Source: Candidatus Versatilivorator sp.
GTDB lineage: Bacteria > Acidobacteriota > Terriglobia > Versatilivoradales > Versatilivoraceae
Assembly (NCBI GenBank): GCA_965207735.1
Contig: OZ242296.1
Location: 608,001-672,000 of the forward strand
DNA: 64,000 bases
Direction: 5' to 3'
A program made the position numbers and the translations under genes. How positions within the stretch are numbered: the stretch's first letter is position 1; each line of letters opens with the position of its first letter. Positions 38,436 through 48,158 of this stretch are shown here, in pieces. The notes under the pieces were generated by a model. The model made no database searches. It was not told where the DNA came from and worked only from the letters and a program-made list of their open reading frames with translations.

Positions 38436-40573
38436 CCGGAACGACTGAAGCCTTTTCCCGTGTCAAGATTGACGCCCTGCTGAAGGATGCCGGCTGGAAC
38501 CTCACTGACGGGGTGAGTGTCCTCTTCGAGCACGCGTTGCCGGACGGCACACAGGCTGACTATGTGCTCTGCGACCGGTCGGGGCGCCCTTTGGCGGCAC
38601 TGGAAGCCAAGCGCGCCAGCATCAATCCCGTCGAAGCCCGAGGCCAGGGATGTCACTACGCAGGGCAACTCGACGTTCCGTTCGTCTTCCTGTCGAACGG
38701 CGAGGAAGTATGGTTCCTGGACCGCGACACGGACGCGCATGCCCGGAAGATCTCAGGCTTCTATTCCCAGGACGACCTGGAACGGCGGATTGCCGTGCGC
38801 AAGGTCCGCCGGAACCTGTCGAGCGTTGCAATCGACAGAAAGATTGTCGATCGCGACTACCAGATCGATTGCATCGAATCGCTTTCTGCCGAAATTTTGC
38901 GCGGACGCCGCAAGCTGCTGGTCGAGATGGCAACAGGAACCGGAAAGACCCGAACGGCGGCGGCTCTCATCAAGCGCCTGTTCGAGGCCGGCATCGTCAC
39001 GCGCGTCCTGTTTCTCGTGGACCGGATCGCCCTGGCGGGGCAGGCTGAGGATGCGTTCGCGGACCATCTCCGCGACTATCCCTGTCATGTGTTGCGGCCT
39101 GGCCGGGGGTTCGACCGTGCCAAGCGCATCACGATTGCGACCTTGCAGACCATGATTGCAGAGTACCGGGAACTGTCGCCGGGTTACTTCGATCTGGTGA
39201 TCACTGATGAATGCCACCGCTCGATATACGGCAAGTGGAGCGGCGTGCTCCGGCATTTCGACGGCATCCAACTGGGGTTGACCGCCACGCCATGCACCGC
39301 CGAGGAGGATGCGGTTGGCGACCCCGAGGACGGTCTGTTCGTGCGCGACACGCTGCGGTTTTTCGAGCTGGAGAGGCCGACTTTCCGCTACATGCTACGT
39401 CAGGCCATCGATGCGGGCCATCTCGTTCCCTACCGCATCTACAAGGCAAGGACGGTAAAGACCGCTGCCGATGATGGGTTCTCGGTCGGCCGCAACGAAC
39501 TCGACTGGAGCGCCATGGCCCCCGCCGCAAAGGCGGAGTTCGAGGAACTGTTCTCCGAATCGGACAACATCACCGTGGACCCGCGAGCGCTGGAACGCAA
39601 ATTCACGATTCCCGAGCGTAACCGCGCCTTGGTGCGCGAGTTTCGTGACTGCTTCGAAAAAGGGTTCATGGGAAAGGACGGGGTCAGGCGCGTACCGACC
39701 TGGGGCAAGACCATCGTGTTCGCCGTTACGAGACGCCATGCGGAGACGCTTGCACAGATGTTCGACCAGCACTTTGCAGATCTGAAGCTGAATCCAACGA
39801 CACGCTTCGCCGATTTTGTGATCAGCGATGTGGGCGACGGGCCTGGACCGGATGCAAGCGCTATCATCAAGCGTTTCAAGGAGGAGCAGTTTCCGCAGAT
39901 TCTGGTCAGCGTGAACATGCTCGATACCGGCTTTGACTGCCCGGAGGTGGTCAATCTGGTGATGGCGCGGTTCACCAAGAGCGGTATCCTCTACCGGCAG
40001 ATGCGGGGCCGCGGGACGCGCAAGGCCGACCACATTGGCAAGACCGGCTTTACGATCTTTGATTTCGTGGGTGTGACGGATTTCCATGGCGACGACGATG
40101 ACGACATTGAGGGAGGAATTCTGAGGGAAAGGCCAAAGCGTTACGGGCCGGATGATCCGCGTCTGTTGCTGACCCTCGACGTGGACGACCATATCGATCC
40201 CACGACCCGCGACTGGGTGACTCTCGACGAGAACGGCCGGATCGTGCGTACTCCGGAGCACGAGGCGCGGGCAGCCGACATCGGCTTGCGCGTCGAGGCC
40301 TGGCGAGGCGGGCAAGGGTTCACCACTGCGGAACAGACCCGCTGGGCTGGGCTGATCGGAAGCCGGGTAAAGGCCGATGCCCTGAACATCAAATCTTTCG
40401 GGGATTACGATTTCGACGAGCATCCGTTCACCACCCTGGGAGGGTATGATCAGGCGCGGCGAGTCTTCGGAGGCGAGGAATCTCTGGGTATGCTGATCGC
40501 CGGGTTCAACGCGGCGGTGTTCGGGCACGGTGACGCGACTGACCGGCCCGGTGGCAGCCACCCCATGGCTTAA
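38432..40573 (+). CDS. hsdR: type I restriction enzyme R subunit
   Basis: ADY..LEAK nuclease motif, MATGTGKT, DECHRS, LTATP, MLDTGFD, QMRGRGTR. Confidence 0.92.
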   Translation: MTGTTEAFSRVKIDALLKDAGWNLTDGVSVLFEHALPDGTQADYVLCDRSGRPLAALEAKRASINPVEARGQGCHYAGQLDVPFVFLSNGEEVWFLDRDTDAHARKISGFYSQDDLERRIAVRKVRRNLSSVAIDRKIVDRDYQIDCIESLSAEILRGRRKLLVEMATGTGKTRTAAALIKRLFEAGIVTRVLFLVDRIALAGQAEDAFADHLRDYPCHVLRPGRGFDRAKRITIATLQTMIAEYRELSPGYFDLVITDECHRSIYGKWSGVLRHFDGIQLGLTATPCTAEEDAVGDPEDGLFVRDTLRFFELERPTFRYMLRQAIDAGHLVPYRIYKARTVKTAADDGFSVGRNELDWSAMAPAAKAEFEELFSESDNITVDPRALERKFTIPERNRALVREFRDCFEKGFMGKDGVRRVPTWGKTIVFAVTRRHAETLAQMFDQHFADLKLNPTTRFADFVISDVGDGPGPDASAIIKRFKEEQFPQILVSVNMLDTGFDCPEVVNLVMARFTKSGILYRQMRGRGTRKADHIGKTGFTIFDFVGVTDFHGDDDDDIEGGILRERPKRYGPDDPRLLLTLDVDDHIDPTTRDWVTLDENGRIVRTPEHEARAADIGLRVEAWRGGQGFTTAEQTRWAGLIGSRVKADALNIKSFGDYDFDEHPFTTLGGYDQARRVFGGEESLGMLIAGFNAAVFGHGDATDRPGGSHPMA

Positions 40574-40586
40574 TGAAGGCATTAAG

Positions 40587-42215
40587 ATGCCCATGACCCC
40601 TGAACTTCGGCGCGGGATCGACCGCATCCGCGATTACCTGTTCGGCGGCGGTTACCCCAACCCCGCCCAAAACGCCGAGCAGCTAAGCTTCCTGATCTAC
40701 TTCTACATGTATGAGGCAGCGGACGCTGCGCGCGTGCGTGCCGCGAGGCGTCCGGGCACCGAACCCCATGTCAGCGTCTTCGACGGCAACTGGGACCTGC
40801 GCAACCCGCGCAATGCCCGCGAGCCGGGCGTCGAGGTGGTTCCGCGCGAACTGCTGCGCTGGTCCTCCTGGGCGCATGCGCTCAACGGCGAGCGGTTGGT
40901 GAACTGGGTGAGGGAGGAGGTCTTTCCTTTTCATGCCGAGCTTGCGGCCGGAGGCGTTACGGACTTCATGGACGGCGCGCGGCTGGTGATCGACGAGCCG
41001 ACGGTGCTCACCCAGGTTGTCAGCCAGTTGAACGACCTGCATCTCGACCGGGTAGACGCAGACACGAAAGGCGACCTGTTCGAGCATGTGCTGCGCCAGA
41101 TCCGGCAAGCGGGCGAACTCGGTCAGTTCCGCACGCCGCGTCATGTCATCCGCGCCCTGGTCCGCCTCGTTGATCCCCGAATTGGGGAGACAGTCTTTGA
41201 TCCGGCGGCGGGCACGGCCGGATTTCTTGTCGGTGCGTGGGACCACATCCGGCTGGCGAATTCGTCGCCCGCCGGCACCGAGGAAGTCGAAGCCGATGGC
41301 AAGACGGTGCAGCGGGGCCTCGGTGACATGCTGAGCCGTGACGCGGTACGCCAACTGCACGAAGCGACCTTCTATGGGTCCGATGTGGACCCGCAGATGG
41401 TCCGGCTTGCGACCATGAACCTGACACTGCGAGGCCTGGAAAGGGTGCGCGTCCTGCGCCGGGACGCACTAACCCGTTCGCTTGACCGTGCTGCCAAGGC
41501 AGAGCTTGGTCTGCCGACGCATGGATTCGATGTCATCCTGGCCAATCCGCCCTTTTCCGGGCGGCTGGACAAGGACCGTATTGTCGAGGAAGTGAAAATT
41601 GGACGCACGGCGCAAACCGAGCTTCTGTTCCTGCAATACATGCTGAACCACCTGACGGAGCGCGGGAGCTGTGGTGTCGTGGTGCCCGAAGGAGTGCTGT
41701 TCGGCTCTACCAGCGCACACAAGGAACTGCGCCGCCGGCTGGTCGAAAACAACACGGTCGAGGCCGTGCTGTCCCTGCCCGGGGGAGTCTTTAATCCCTA
41801 TTCCGGCGTCAAGACCTCGGCGCTGGTCTTTCGCAAGGGCGGCGCGACCCAACGGGTGATGTTCCTGCACGCTGACAATGACGGTTTCAAGCTCGACGCC
41901 AACCACGATCAGCCAATCGAGCAGGACGATCTGCCCGGACTGATCGGAGCTTTCCGAGACCGGGAGGCGGGCTGGAGGCAATGGAGCGACCGCGACCCTG
42001 AGACCGACTGGACCGAAAAGTGGTGGTTTGCCGGAGCCGACGCCATACGTGCTGCAGATTTCAATCTGAGCGCGGGGCGCCACCGGCCGCAGAACCGCTC
42101 GAAAGTCGAACACCGCGATCCTCTGGAAATTCTGGATGAATTGCGGACTATCGAGACGGAAATCCTCGGAGAGATCGAGGAGCTTGCCGATGCAGTGAGG
42201 GAGAAAGCTGGATGA
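40587..42215 (+). CDS. hsdM: type I restriction-modification N6-adenine methyltransferase
   Basis: GQFRTPRH, DPAAGTAGFL, NPPF, PEGVLF motifs. Confidence 0.95.
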   Translation: MPMTPELRRGIDRIRDYLFGGGYPNPAQNAEQLSFLIYFYMYEAADAARVRAARRPGTEPHVSVFDGNWDLRNPRNAREPGVEVVPRELLRWSSWAHALNGERLVNWVREEVFPFHAELAAGGVTDFMDGARLVIDEPTVLTQVVSQLNDLHLDRVDADTKGDLFEHVLRQIRQAGELGQFRTPRHVIRALVRLVDPRIGETVFDPAAGTAGFLVGAWDHIRLANSSPAGTEEVEADGKTVQRGLGDMLSRDAVRQLHEATFYGSDVDPQMVRLATMNLTLRGLERVRVLRRDALTRSLDRAAKAELGLPTHGFDVILANPPFSGRLDKDRIVEEVKIGRTAQTELLFLQYMLNHLTERGSCGVVVPEGVLFGSTSAHKELRRRLVENNTVEAVLSLPGGVFNPYSGVKTSALVFRKGGATQRVMFLHADNDGFKLDANHDQPIEQDDLPGLIGAFRDREAGWRQWSDRDPETDWTEKWWFAGADAIRAADFNLSAGRHRPQNRSKVEHRDPLEILDELRTIETEILGEIEELADAVREKAG

Positions 42216-43384
42216 CGGTCTCAGTATCGCTTGGTGAAATCTGCAATTTCATAGGCGGAGGTACGCCGTCTCGCAAAATCAAAGAATACTGGAACGGTGA
42301 TATCCCTTGGGCCACCGTCAAAGATTTTCAATCAGATCGCATTTCTAAGACTCTGGAATTCGTCTCGCGAGAGGGATTGGAAAACTCAGCTTCTAAAGTG
42401 GTCCCGTCTGGAACCGTTCTTCTGGTCACGAGAGTCGGGTTGGGTAAGGTCGCAATTGCTGATGTCGATATTGCTATCAATCAGGACATCAAGGCCGTAT
42501 TTCCCTCCGAGGACATCTTGCCAGAGTTTTTGTTGTGGGCTTTGAAACATTTAGGTCCAAAGATAGAAGCCAAGGGGACAGGAGCGACGGTCAAAGGAGT
42601 CACCTTGCGAGATATCAAGGAAATGGAGGTCCCCCTCCCGCCGCTCGACGAGCAGAGGCGGATCGTCGGCATCTTGAACCGGGCGGCGAAGATCGAGCGG
42701 CTGCGAGCGAAGGCCGCCGACCGGTTGCGGGAATTCGTTCCCGCGCTGTTCATCAAGATGTTCGGCGGTCCGGTTGAGAATCCGATGGGGTGGGAGGTCC
42801 GCATGCTTGAAGAGATCTGTATTTCCGCCCAATACGGCACCAGCAAAAAGGCTTCAGAGCATGTTGGAGGCATACCAATATTGCGGATGGGTAATGTCAC
42901 CTACGATGGCTATCTGGATTGCGACTCAATAAATCTGAAATATGCCCAGCTTGAAGATAGCGAGATCAAGAAGTATGTGCTTCATTCTGGAGACATTCTT
43001 TTCAACAGGACAAACAGTAAGGATTTGGTCGGAAAGACCGGGATATGGGATGGACGCTTTGAAGCTGTTCCAGCCTCATATTTCATTCGTTTGCGAGTCG
43101 ATCACGCTGTGATTCACCCAACATATCTTTGGGCATTTATGAACTCGAGCGCCGTGAAGCAGCGCCTATTCGAAATGGCACGCGGAGCGATCGGGCAAGC
43201 GAATATCAACGCAAAGGAACTCAAATCGATACGAGTTCCGGTACCGTCAATTGACGAGCAGCTGCGATTTGCAAAGATGGTCGCTGTCGCTCGAACCGTC
43301 TCCAATCTCTGTGATTCCAGTTCCAACGTCGCATTGGCGCTGAGTACGTCTCTCATCGCCCGCGTGCTGGGTCAGACTGCATGA
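42212..43384 (+). CDS. hsdS: type I restriction-modification specificity subunit
   Basis: Two TRDs, GGGTPS, PLPPLDEQRRI, PVPSIDEQ motifs. Confidence 0.93.
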   Translation: MTVSVSLGEICNFIGGGTPSRKIKEYWNGDIPWATVKDFQSDRISKTLEFVSREGLENSASKVVPSGTVLLVTRVGLGKVAIADVDIAINQDIKAVFPSEDILPEFLLWALKHLGPKIEAKGTGATVKGVTLRDIKEMEVPLPPLDEQRRIVGILNRAAKIERLRAKAADRLREFVPALFIKMFGGPVENPMGWEVRMLEEICISAQYGTSKKASEHVGGIPILRMGNVTYDGYLDCDSINLKYAQLEDSEIKKYVLHSGDILFNRTNSKDLVGKTGIWDGRFEAVPASYFIRLRVDHAVIHPTYLWAFMNSSAVKQRLFEMARGAIGQANINAKELKSIRVPVPSIDEQLRFAKMVAVARTVSNLCDSSSNVALALSTSLIARVLGQTA

Positions 43385-43533
43385 CCGACATTGCGGACAA
43401 CAAGCGGCGAAGCGAGTCCATGGCGAGAATTCGCGGACGCGACAATGCTCCCGAGCTCGCGGCTCGCTGCATTGCTCACCCGATGGGAATGCGTTTCCCA
43501 CAGTGCCGCAAGGCCCACCCGGCCGCTCGGTAA
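43381..43533 (+). pseudogene. vsr: truncated Vsr very-short-patch repair endonuclease
   Basis: MTDIADNKRRSESMARIRGRDNAPELAAR..AH.MGMRF resembles the Vsr N-terminus; stop after 50 codons. Confidence 0.7.
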
Positions 43534-43693
43534 TGGAAGTCTCGAGTCCTGGGATCGTCATTCAACCAACTCGGCCGACTAGCCTGCTCGCCGCTCAGCT
43601 TGGCGGAGATCCAGTCGATGCAGTAATATCGAAACCAATGGATCACCCCGTCGGATCCGGATAGGGCGATGATCTGGTAAACGGAGGTGTGAA

Positions 43694-44746
43694 ATGGTTC
43701 ACTTGAGCAAGTTTAGTGCCGTCCATTACCGCGGCATCGATGGTGTCTCTTTGCCTCATTTGTCCAAGGCCAACTTGGTCACGGGCGCAAATGGTGTCGG
43801 TAAGACAGCATTGATCGAGGCAATGTGGCTATTCACAGGACGACACAATCCCAGCTTACTGTGGAACGCGAACGTGCAGCGTACCTTTAGTCCGTCTGTG
43901 GATCCGATCTCCCGGCTGACCGACAGAGGGGTGGTGCTTCGCGGTGTAGAGAAGGGAACATGTCACGAAATAAAATTCGTTTTCGAGGGACTAGGTGGCG
44001 CTTCCCCAAACGTCAGGATCACAGGTACCCTCCAAGAGGATTCGAAGAGGCTACCTCCGGTTGTCGGATTCATCCGTACCTACCTTGACGGCAAGCTCTT
44101 GACGAAAGAGCCTGAGGGCATGCAACTAACGCCTTCAGGGGTAGTGCTACATCAATCCCCGAGAGCGTCAGTAGGACGTCCCAGCTGTGTCATCGAGAGC
44201 ACTAGATTTCAACATGAGACTCCGGCTGAGTACCTTCAGAGATACTCGAGTCTGGTCAGAGAAGGTCTCAAGAAGGAGCTAGTGAAAGCCATCAATCTGG
44301 TTGCGGAGGGAGTTGAGGACCTGGAGATGCTGACAGACGACACCGGGGAGTCGTATCTGTCAGCAACGATTACGGACGGAAAGCCACGACCACTTCACGA
44401 CCTCGGAGGTGGAGCTGTCAGACTGGTTCGACTGCTACTCGGCTTTTCTGCCGCCCGAGATGGTATTCTGCTGTCGGACGAATTGGAAAATGGTATCCAT
44501 CACTCCGCGCAGCGAGAAATTTGGGATAGAGCACGCCAATGGATGGATCAATGGAACGTGCAATTTGTAGCAACGACCCACAGTGGCGAGTTCATCGATG
44601 CGGCGATTGATGCCTTTGCTGATAACCCGAATGATCTGTCCATCCACAAGCTCTTCCGTAACGAGAATGCAGGACGAACGGAAGTTGCGACGTTCACCGG
44701 ACACGCACTCGCTGGGGCACGCGACCTAGACCTGGAGATCCGGTAA
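43694..44746 (+). CDS. ABC-type (AAA_15/AAA_21-like) ATPase
   Basis: GANGVGKT, LGGG, LLSDELENGIH, ATTHS motifs. Confidence 0.88.
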   Translation: MVHLSKFSAVHYRGIDGVSLPHLSKANLVTGANGVGKTALIEAMWLFTGRHNPSLLWNANVQRTFSPSVDPISRLTDRGVVLRGVEKGTCHEIKFVFEGLGGASPNVRITGTLQEDSKRLPPVVGFIRTYLDGKLLTKEPEGMQLTPSGVVLHQSPRASVGRPSCVIESTRFQHETPAEYLQRYSSLVREGLKKELVKAINLVAEGVEDLEMLTDDTGESYLSATITDGKPRPLHDLGGGAVRLVRLLLGFSAARDGILLSDELENGIHHSAQREIWDRARQWMDQWNVQFVATTHSGEFIDAAIDAFADNPNDLSIHKLFRNENAGRTEVATFTGHALAGARDLDLEIR

Positions 44747-45408
44747 TGTCGCAAGAAGGTGGGATCGGAGGTCGGAGAAAGAAACTGACAATTTGCTCCG
44801 ACTGGCTGTTGTTGGTCGAGGGTCAAGATGAGGTTAATTTGTTCTGTGCCTTGATGCGTCATTCGTTTGACAATGAGTTGAAAATTCAGGTGATCGATGC
44901 CGGGGGAAAAGACCAATTTCCTTCGAGACTGAAAGCGATACAAACCGAAGCGCAAATTCGCCCAACCCTCCAATCCATCGGCATCGTGCGAGACGCTGAC
45001 AACGACCCAAAAGGTGCCTTCGAAAGCGTTTGCAACGATCTTCGCAATGTTGGGTACAAACCGCCAGAGTCCCACCGAAGTTTTTCGAATGCCTTGCCTT
45101 CGGTTGGCGTGTTCATTGTGCCGGATGGTGTCGAGTGTGGGAGCTTAGAGACCTTATGCCGACGGTCTGTGGAAGGTTCGGACACGGCCCAGTGCGTTAA
45201 ACAGTATTTGGAATGCCTTGATAAGCACCACGCTATGGAATCGAAAAATAAAGACAAGAGCTTTGCTCACGCCTTTTTGGCTGCCATGCTTGATCCAGTG
45301 GCCCGAGTGGGAGAAGGTGCGCTCAAGGGCGTGTGGAACTTTGATTCTCCGGCTTTCCAAGACCTCCTTTGTTTCGTTCGCGCTCTGTCTTTACAAGCGA
45401 AATTATGA
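44746..45408 (+). CDS. DUF3226 family (TOPRIM-like) protein
   Basis: LLVEGQDE, IVRDAD, GSLETLC motifs; TAATG coupling to the ATPase. Confidence 0.8.
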   Translation: MSQEGGIGGRRKKLTICSDWLLLVEGQDEVNLFCALMRHSFDNELKIQVIDAGGKDQFPSRLKAIQTEAQIRPTLQSIGIVRDADNDPKGAFESVCNDLRNVGYKPPESHRSFSNALPSVGVFIVPDGVECGSLETLCRRSVEGSDTAQCVKQYLECLDKHHAMESKNKDKSFAHAFLAAMLDPVARVGEGALKGVWNFDSPAFQDLLCFVRALSLQAKL

Positions 45409-45471
45409 TCCGCTTGAAATGGGGTTGTGGGTCTCTTCTGCGAGATCCAGGCGATTTGCGTCAACTGAGTT

Positions 45472-46650
45472 TCACTTTTTCAGGTGATCCGCCCATTCCT
45501 GCATCATCTTGCGGCGCTTGGCAAAAAGATCGCCTCGACGGTAGGCGGCTTCCACCTTGTTTTCGATGGCATGGGCCAGGGCCATTTCCGCTACCTCCCG
45601 AGGGAAGCTGGAGACCTCCCCGGACCAGTCCCGGAAGGCGGAGCGGAATCCATGGGGCACGTAGTCTCCACGGGAACTGTTGACGCCGTAGCCCATGCCG
45701 CGCATCAGTTGCAGCAAGGCCATGTTCGACAGCGGCCTACCGTTTCGTGATCCCGGGAACACAAAGGGACAGCCTTCGATGCGGGGCAGGGCTTCCAGCG
45801 CCGTCATAGCAGAATCCGACAAGGGCACTCGATGTTCCCGGCGGGTCTTCATCCGCGAGGCCGGAACAGTCCATACGCCGGCAGGCAGGTCGATTTCCCT
45901 CCATTCGGCATGGAGGACCTCCAGAGTGCGGGTGGCGGTCAGGATCAAAAACTTCAGCGCCAGCGCCGACACACTCCCGTTTTGGGATAGCTCATCAAAG
46001 AACGCAGGCACTTCGGCATACGGCATGGCAGGGTGGTGAGCGACTTTCTTCACCCGCGAGGGCCTGGGTAGCAGCTTGTCTAGATGGCCGCGCCAACGGG
46101 CCGGATTGAGGGGATCGCGGTACTGATGCGCAGCTGCGAAGTCCAACACGTTTTCGATGCGCCCTTGGAGTCGCTTGGCCGTCTCGGTCTTGGTAGCCCA
46201 GATCGGTGAGAGGATCTGCAGGATGTCCTCGGTTGTGATAGCATTAACAAGTTTATTGCCGATGACAGGCCTTGCATAGGTCTTGAGCGTACTGACCCAT
46301 TGCCTCGCATGCTTGGCATTCTGCCAGCCGTGCCGATGGCCCCGGATATAGCGGGCGGCACAGGCGGTAAAAACAGGAATCCTCTTCGACTCCATTCGTC
46401 GGGCCTCAATGGGATCTGCGCCCTTGGCCACCTGCCTCCTGCACTTCAGGGCCAAGGCGCGGGCATCGGCCAGACCGGCACTCGGATAGCTGCCAAGCCC
46501 CATTTCCCGGCGTCTGCCGTGCAGGGTGTATCGCAAGACCCACTTTTTGGCACCGGACTTCGACACCACCAAGCGGAGTCCATAGCCGTCTTCGTACTTA
46601 CCCGGACCGGCGGTTGTCACCTTTCGCACAGAGAGTTTATGAATTGCCAT
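45472..46650 (-). CDS. P4-like tyrosine integrase of the island
   Basis: DGYGLRL, MGLGSYP, LTATR, HGFRSAFRDW, LAH, AYRRGD; adjacent to the att repeat. Confidence 0.95.
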   Translation of the reverse strand: MAIHKLSVRKVTTAGPGKYEDGYGLRLVVSKSGAKKWVLRYTLHGRRREMGLGSYPSAGLADARALALKCRRQVAKGADPIEARRMESKRIPVFTACAARYIRGHRHGWQNAKHARQWVSTLKTYARPVIGNKLVNAITTEDILQILSPIWATKTETAKRLQGRIENVLDFAAAHQYRDPLNPARWRGHLDKLLPRPSRVKKVAHHPAMPYAEVPAFFDELSQNGSVSALALKFLILTATRTLEVLHAEWREIDLPAGVWTVPASRMKTRREHRVPLSDSAMTALEALPRIEGCPFVFPGSRNGRPLSNMALLQLMRGMGYGVNSSRGDYVPHGFRSAFRDWSGEVSSFPREVAEMALAHAIENKVEAAYRRGDLFAKRRKMMQEWADHLKK

Positions 46651-46865
46651 TCCGTCCTCCTGTCAGTCAAAACTGTCGATGTGGTCCCCCACATAGTCCC
46701 CCAACAGGATTGGATTATAGCAGACGTCTCTGGATGGTGTAAAACATTAACATATTGATAATATTAATGTTTAAGGATTTTAGAGGATTCTGCTAGAGGC
46801 AATATCGGCGGACGCTCTCTCCGCCAGAACTTTTCGCTTCTCCCTGACCCGTGAGGAGAGCAACC

Positions 46866-47090
46866 ATGCCAATCTATGAATACGAGTGTGGAGACTGCGG
46901 TCGTCAATTCGAAAAGATTGTCTACCGGACGTCCAGTCCCGCCGCCTGCGACTCCTGCGGGAGCAGCCGGGTGGAGAAGCGTTACTCCGCCTTTGCTGTC
47001 GGCGCCGGCAACTCCATGGGGTCGGAAGCACCCTCGGGCTGCACGACCTGTGGCGCTGAACGCCCGGGGATGTGCCAGCAGATGAATTGA
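46866..47090 (+). CDS. FmdB-family zinc-ribbon protein
   Basis: MPIYEYEC..CG..FE...C.SCGS. Confidence 0.88.
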   Translation: MPIYEYECGDCGRQFEKIVYRTSSPAACDSCGSSRVEKRYSAFAVGAGNSMGSEAPSGCTTCGAERPGMCQQMN

Positions 47091-47211
47091 GCCCCGCCGG
47101 CAAGACTGGCTTCATTGGGCGGTCAAGCCGGAAACCCAACCGCGGTTCGGAGAGGCAACCGGAGGAGACAGACTCCTGTACAGATGGCGTTCCATCACCG
47201 CCGCCCTGTTT

Positions 47212-48069
47212 TTGCTGATTGGGTGGGCTCCATTGGGATTACCTACCGATGCGCCGGTCCTGGTGGAAATCCCCTCCAAGGCGTTGGCGCCGGGAGACCT
47301 GCTGCAGGTTCGCCTGCACGCCCCGAATCCGATCGACCGGGTCGAGTGTTCCTTCATCGAGCAACCGGTGCGGTTTTATCCCATGGGGGACGGGAGACGG
47401 TGGGAGGCTCTGGCAGGGGTGGATCTGGAGGTCAAGCCGGGGCTTTATTCCTTGACCGGAACGGTATGGATGTCGGACGGCCGCTCCAAACCGCTCAAGA
47501 AGAGTCTGCGGGTTCTGTCCAAGAAATTTCCGATTCAGCGCATACGTGTCCGGCAGAAGTATGTCACCCTCAACCGGAGGGATTCCGAGAGGGCCGCCCG
47601 GGAACATCGGCAGTTGACCGAAATCTGGGAATCGGCCACGGCCCGAAGACTGTGGGCGGAGCCCTTCTTGAGGCCGGTTGCGAGCAAGCTGACCAGTGGT
47701 TTTGGCAGACGCAGGATTGTCAACGGGGAACCTCGCAGCCCGCATTCGGGAGTCGACCTGAAAGCCACCACCGGAACTCCCATCCGAGCCGCCAATTCGG
47801 GCAGGGTGGTGATGGCGAAAGATCTGTTTTTTGCCGGCAAGACCATCGTTTTGGACCATGGGCTGGGCCTCTATACCGTCTATGCCCACTGCTCGAAGAT
47901 GTACGCCAAGCCGGGAGACCCGGTGGGGCAGGGGGAAGTCATCGGGGAGGTGGGCGCCACCGGGCGGGTAACCGGCCCCCATTTGCACTGGGCCTGCCGG
48001 ATCAACGGCGCTCGCGTCAATCCACTCGATCTCACCACATTGATGTCCGCCCCCGATGCCGGACCGTAA
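47212..48069 (+). CDS. M23 family metallopeptidase
   Basis: HSGVD, YAH, GRVTGPHLHW motifs; start uncertain. Confidence 0.88.
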   Translation: MLIGWAPLGLPTDAPVLVEIPSKALAPGDLLQVRLHAPNPIDRVECSFIEQPVRFYPMGDGRRWEALAGVDLEVKPGLYSLTGTVWMSDGRSKPLKKSLRVLSKKFPIQRIRVRQKYVTLNRRDSERAAREHRQLTEIWESATARRLWAEPFLRPVASKLTSGFGRRRIVNGEPRSPHSGVDLKATTGTPIRAANSGRVVMAKDLFFAGKTIVLDHGLGLYTVYAHCSKMYAKPGDPVGQGEVIGEVGATGRVTGPHLHWACRINGARVNPLDLTTLMSAPDAGP

Positions 48070-48158
48070 CTGCATCACCACCGCAAAAAGGGCGGTCCGC
48101 CGGTTTCCGTTGGCGGAAATCCTGGCGAGCCGTCGACCCACCGATTCGAATCAAGGCC

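Larger units (their letters stand above)
24917..46826. mobile_element. tRNA-Ser-integrated genomic (defence) island, ~22 kb
   Basis: 14-bp direct repeat CGCTCTCTCCGCCA at the tRNA 3' end (24903-24916) and at 46813-46826; P4-like integrase beside the distal repeat; AT-richer cargo. Confidence 0.93.

Noticed and set aside
24917-46826. Prophage or ICE
   Set aside because: No structural, terminase, T4SS or relaxase genes visible
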